A model generated the notes under the pieces. It did not search any database. It saw only the letters and a list, made by a program, of their open reading frames with translations, and was not told the DNA's origin. The translations under genes were made by a program, and so were the position numbers. Below are positions 31,653 to 32,000 of a stretch of 32,000 nt of DNA, piece by piece. Source of the DNA: Haloferax volcanii DS2 (GTDB lineage: Archaea; Halobacteriota; Halobacteria; Halobacteriales; Haloferacaceae); assembly GCF_000025685.1 (NCBI RefSeq), contig NC_013964.1:360001-392000 (forward strand), given 5' to 3'. Within the stretch, counting starts at the first letter, position 1. Each line of letters begins with the position of its first letter.

Positions 31653-32000
31653 TTGCCCCGCACCTCCGCGAGTTCGCGCGGGTGGACCTCCGTGATGGCG
31701 AACTCCTCCATCCGGCGCGTCTCGGCCCCGGTTCGCTTCCCGTCGGCGACGGCGAGCACCTCGTCGAAGACGCGCTCGCCCGCCTCGGAAATCGTCGCGT
31801 CGCCCTCGACCACCGCCCCGGCGTTCACGTCCATGTTCGACCGCATGCGCTCCCACGTCCGGGGATTTCCCGTGACCTTCACCACGGGCGCGACGGGGTT
31901 GCCGGTGGTGCTCCCGCGCCCGGTGGTGAAGACGATAATCTGCGCGCCGCCGGCGACCTTGCCGACGACGCTCTCCACGTCGTAGCCCGGCGTGTCCATC
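31649..32000 (-). CDS. UxaA/GarD-family dehydratase, C-terminal part (gene continues beyond the window edge)
   Basis: C-terminal sequence DTPGYDVESVVGKVAGGAQIIVFTTGRGSTTGNPVAPVVKVTGNPRTWERM...DVNAG matches the conserved C-terminal domain of altronate/galactarate dehydratases. The N-terminus is outside the window. Confidence 0.8.
   Translation of the reverse strand, partial: MDTPGYDVESVVGKVAGGAQIIVFTTGRGSTTGNPVAPVVKVTGNPRTWERMRSNMDVNAGAVVEGDATISEAGERVFDEVLAVADGKRTGAETRRMEEFAITEVHPRELAEVRGK

Noticed and set aside
1-32000. Mobile elements, integrases, tRNA/rRNA genes, toxin-antitoxin or defence systems.
   Set aside because: I found no transposase- or integrase-like ORF, no terminal inverted repeats, no tRNA-like cloverleaf candidates in the intergenic regions, and no nuclease/ATPase defence-type architectures. 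The island boundary cannot be defined from this window alone.

Overview
The window looks like a high-GC haloarchaeal (Halobacteria-type) segment. Predicted proteins are very acidic, several carry twin-arginine signals with lipoboxes, real genes have strong GC3 bias with many long spurious antisense ORFs, and AT-rich TATA-like boxes sit about 25-32 nt upstream of start codons (leaderless style). Positions 1-7.2 kb are an ordinary purine/nucleoside salvage module: a CUT2/BMP-type ABC transporter (two permeases and a tandem ATPase on the minus strand) facing a divergent adenine deaminase and BMP lipoprotein. Positions 7.4-32 kb read as a pectin/polygalacturonate utilisation island. It holds two convergent IclR regulators, a Tat-secreted multidomain PL1 pectate lyase, a signal-less GH28 polygalacturonase and an esterase-like alpha/beta hydrolase. 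It also holds an Opp/Dpp-class ABC importer (Tat lipoprotein SBP, fused double permease, two ATPases), four Gfo/Idh/MocA oxidoreductase paralogs, a LarA-like (DUF2088) protein, an MFS transporter and a UxaA/GarD-type dehydratase cluster. The main anomalies are: (1) a SAF-domain ORF and a start-codon-less, motif-depleted UxaA-like ORF in the same frame, separated by one TGA; (2) an alpha/beta hydrolase with no G-x-S-x-G elbow (VACAS instead); (3) a LarA-like gene coupled to a Gfo oxidoreductase inside a uronate locus, with no canonical isomerase-pathway genes in view; (4) a fused DppB-DppC permease whose ATPase genes are separated from it by a terminator and small membrane ORFs; (5) a degenerate 24-nt tandem repeat that reiterates an in-frame stop codon. 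I saw no rRNA, tRNA, CRISPR, transposase or integrase. All family calls come from motif recognition by eye, with no database search.
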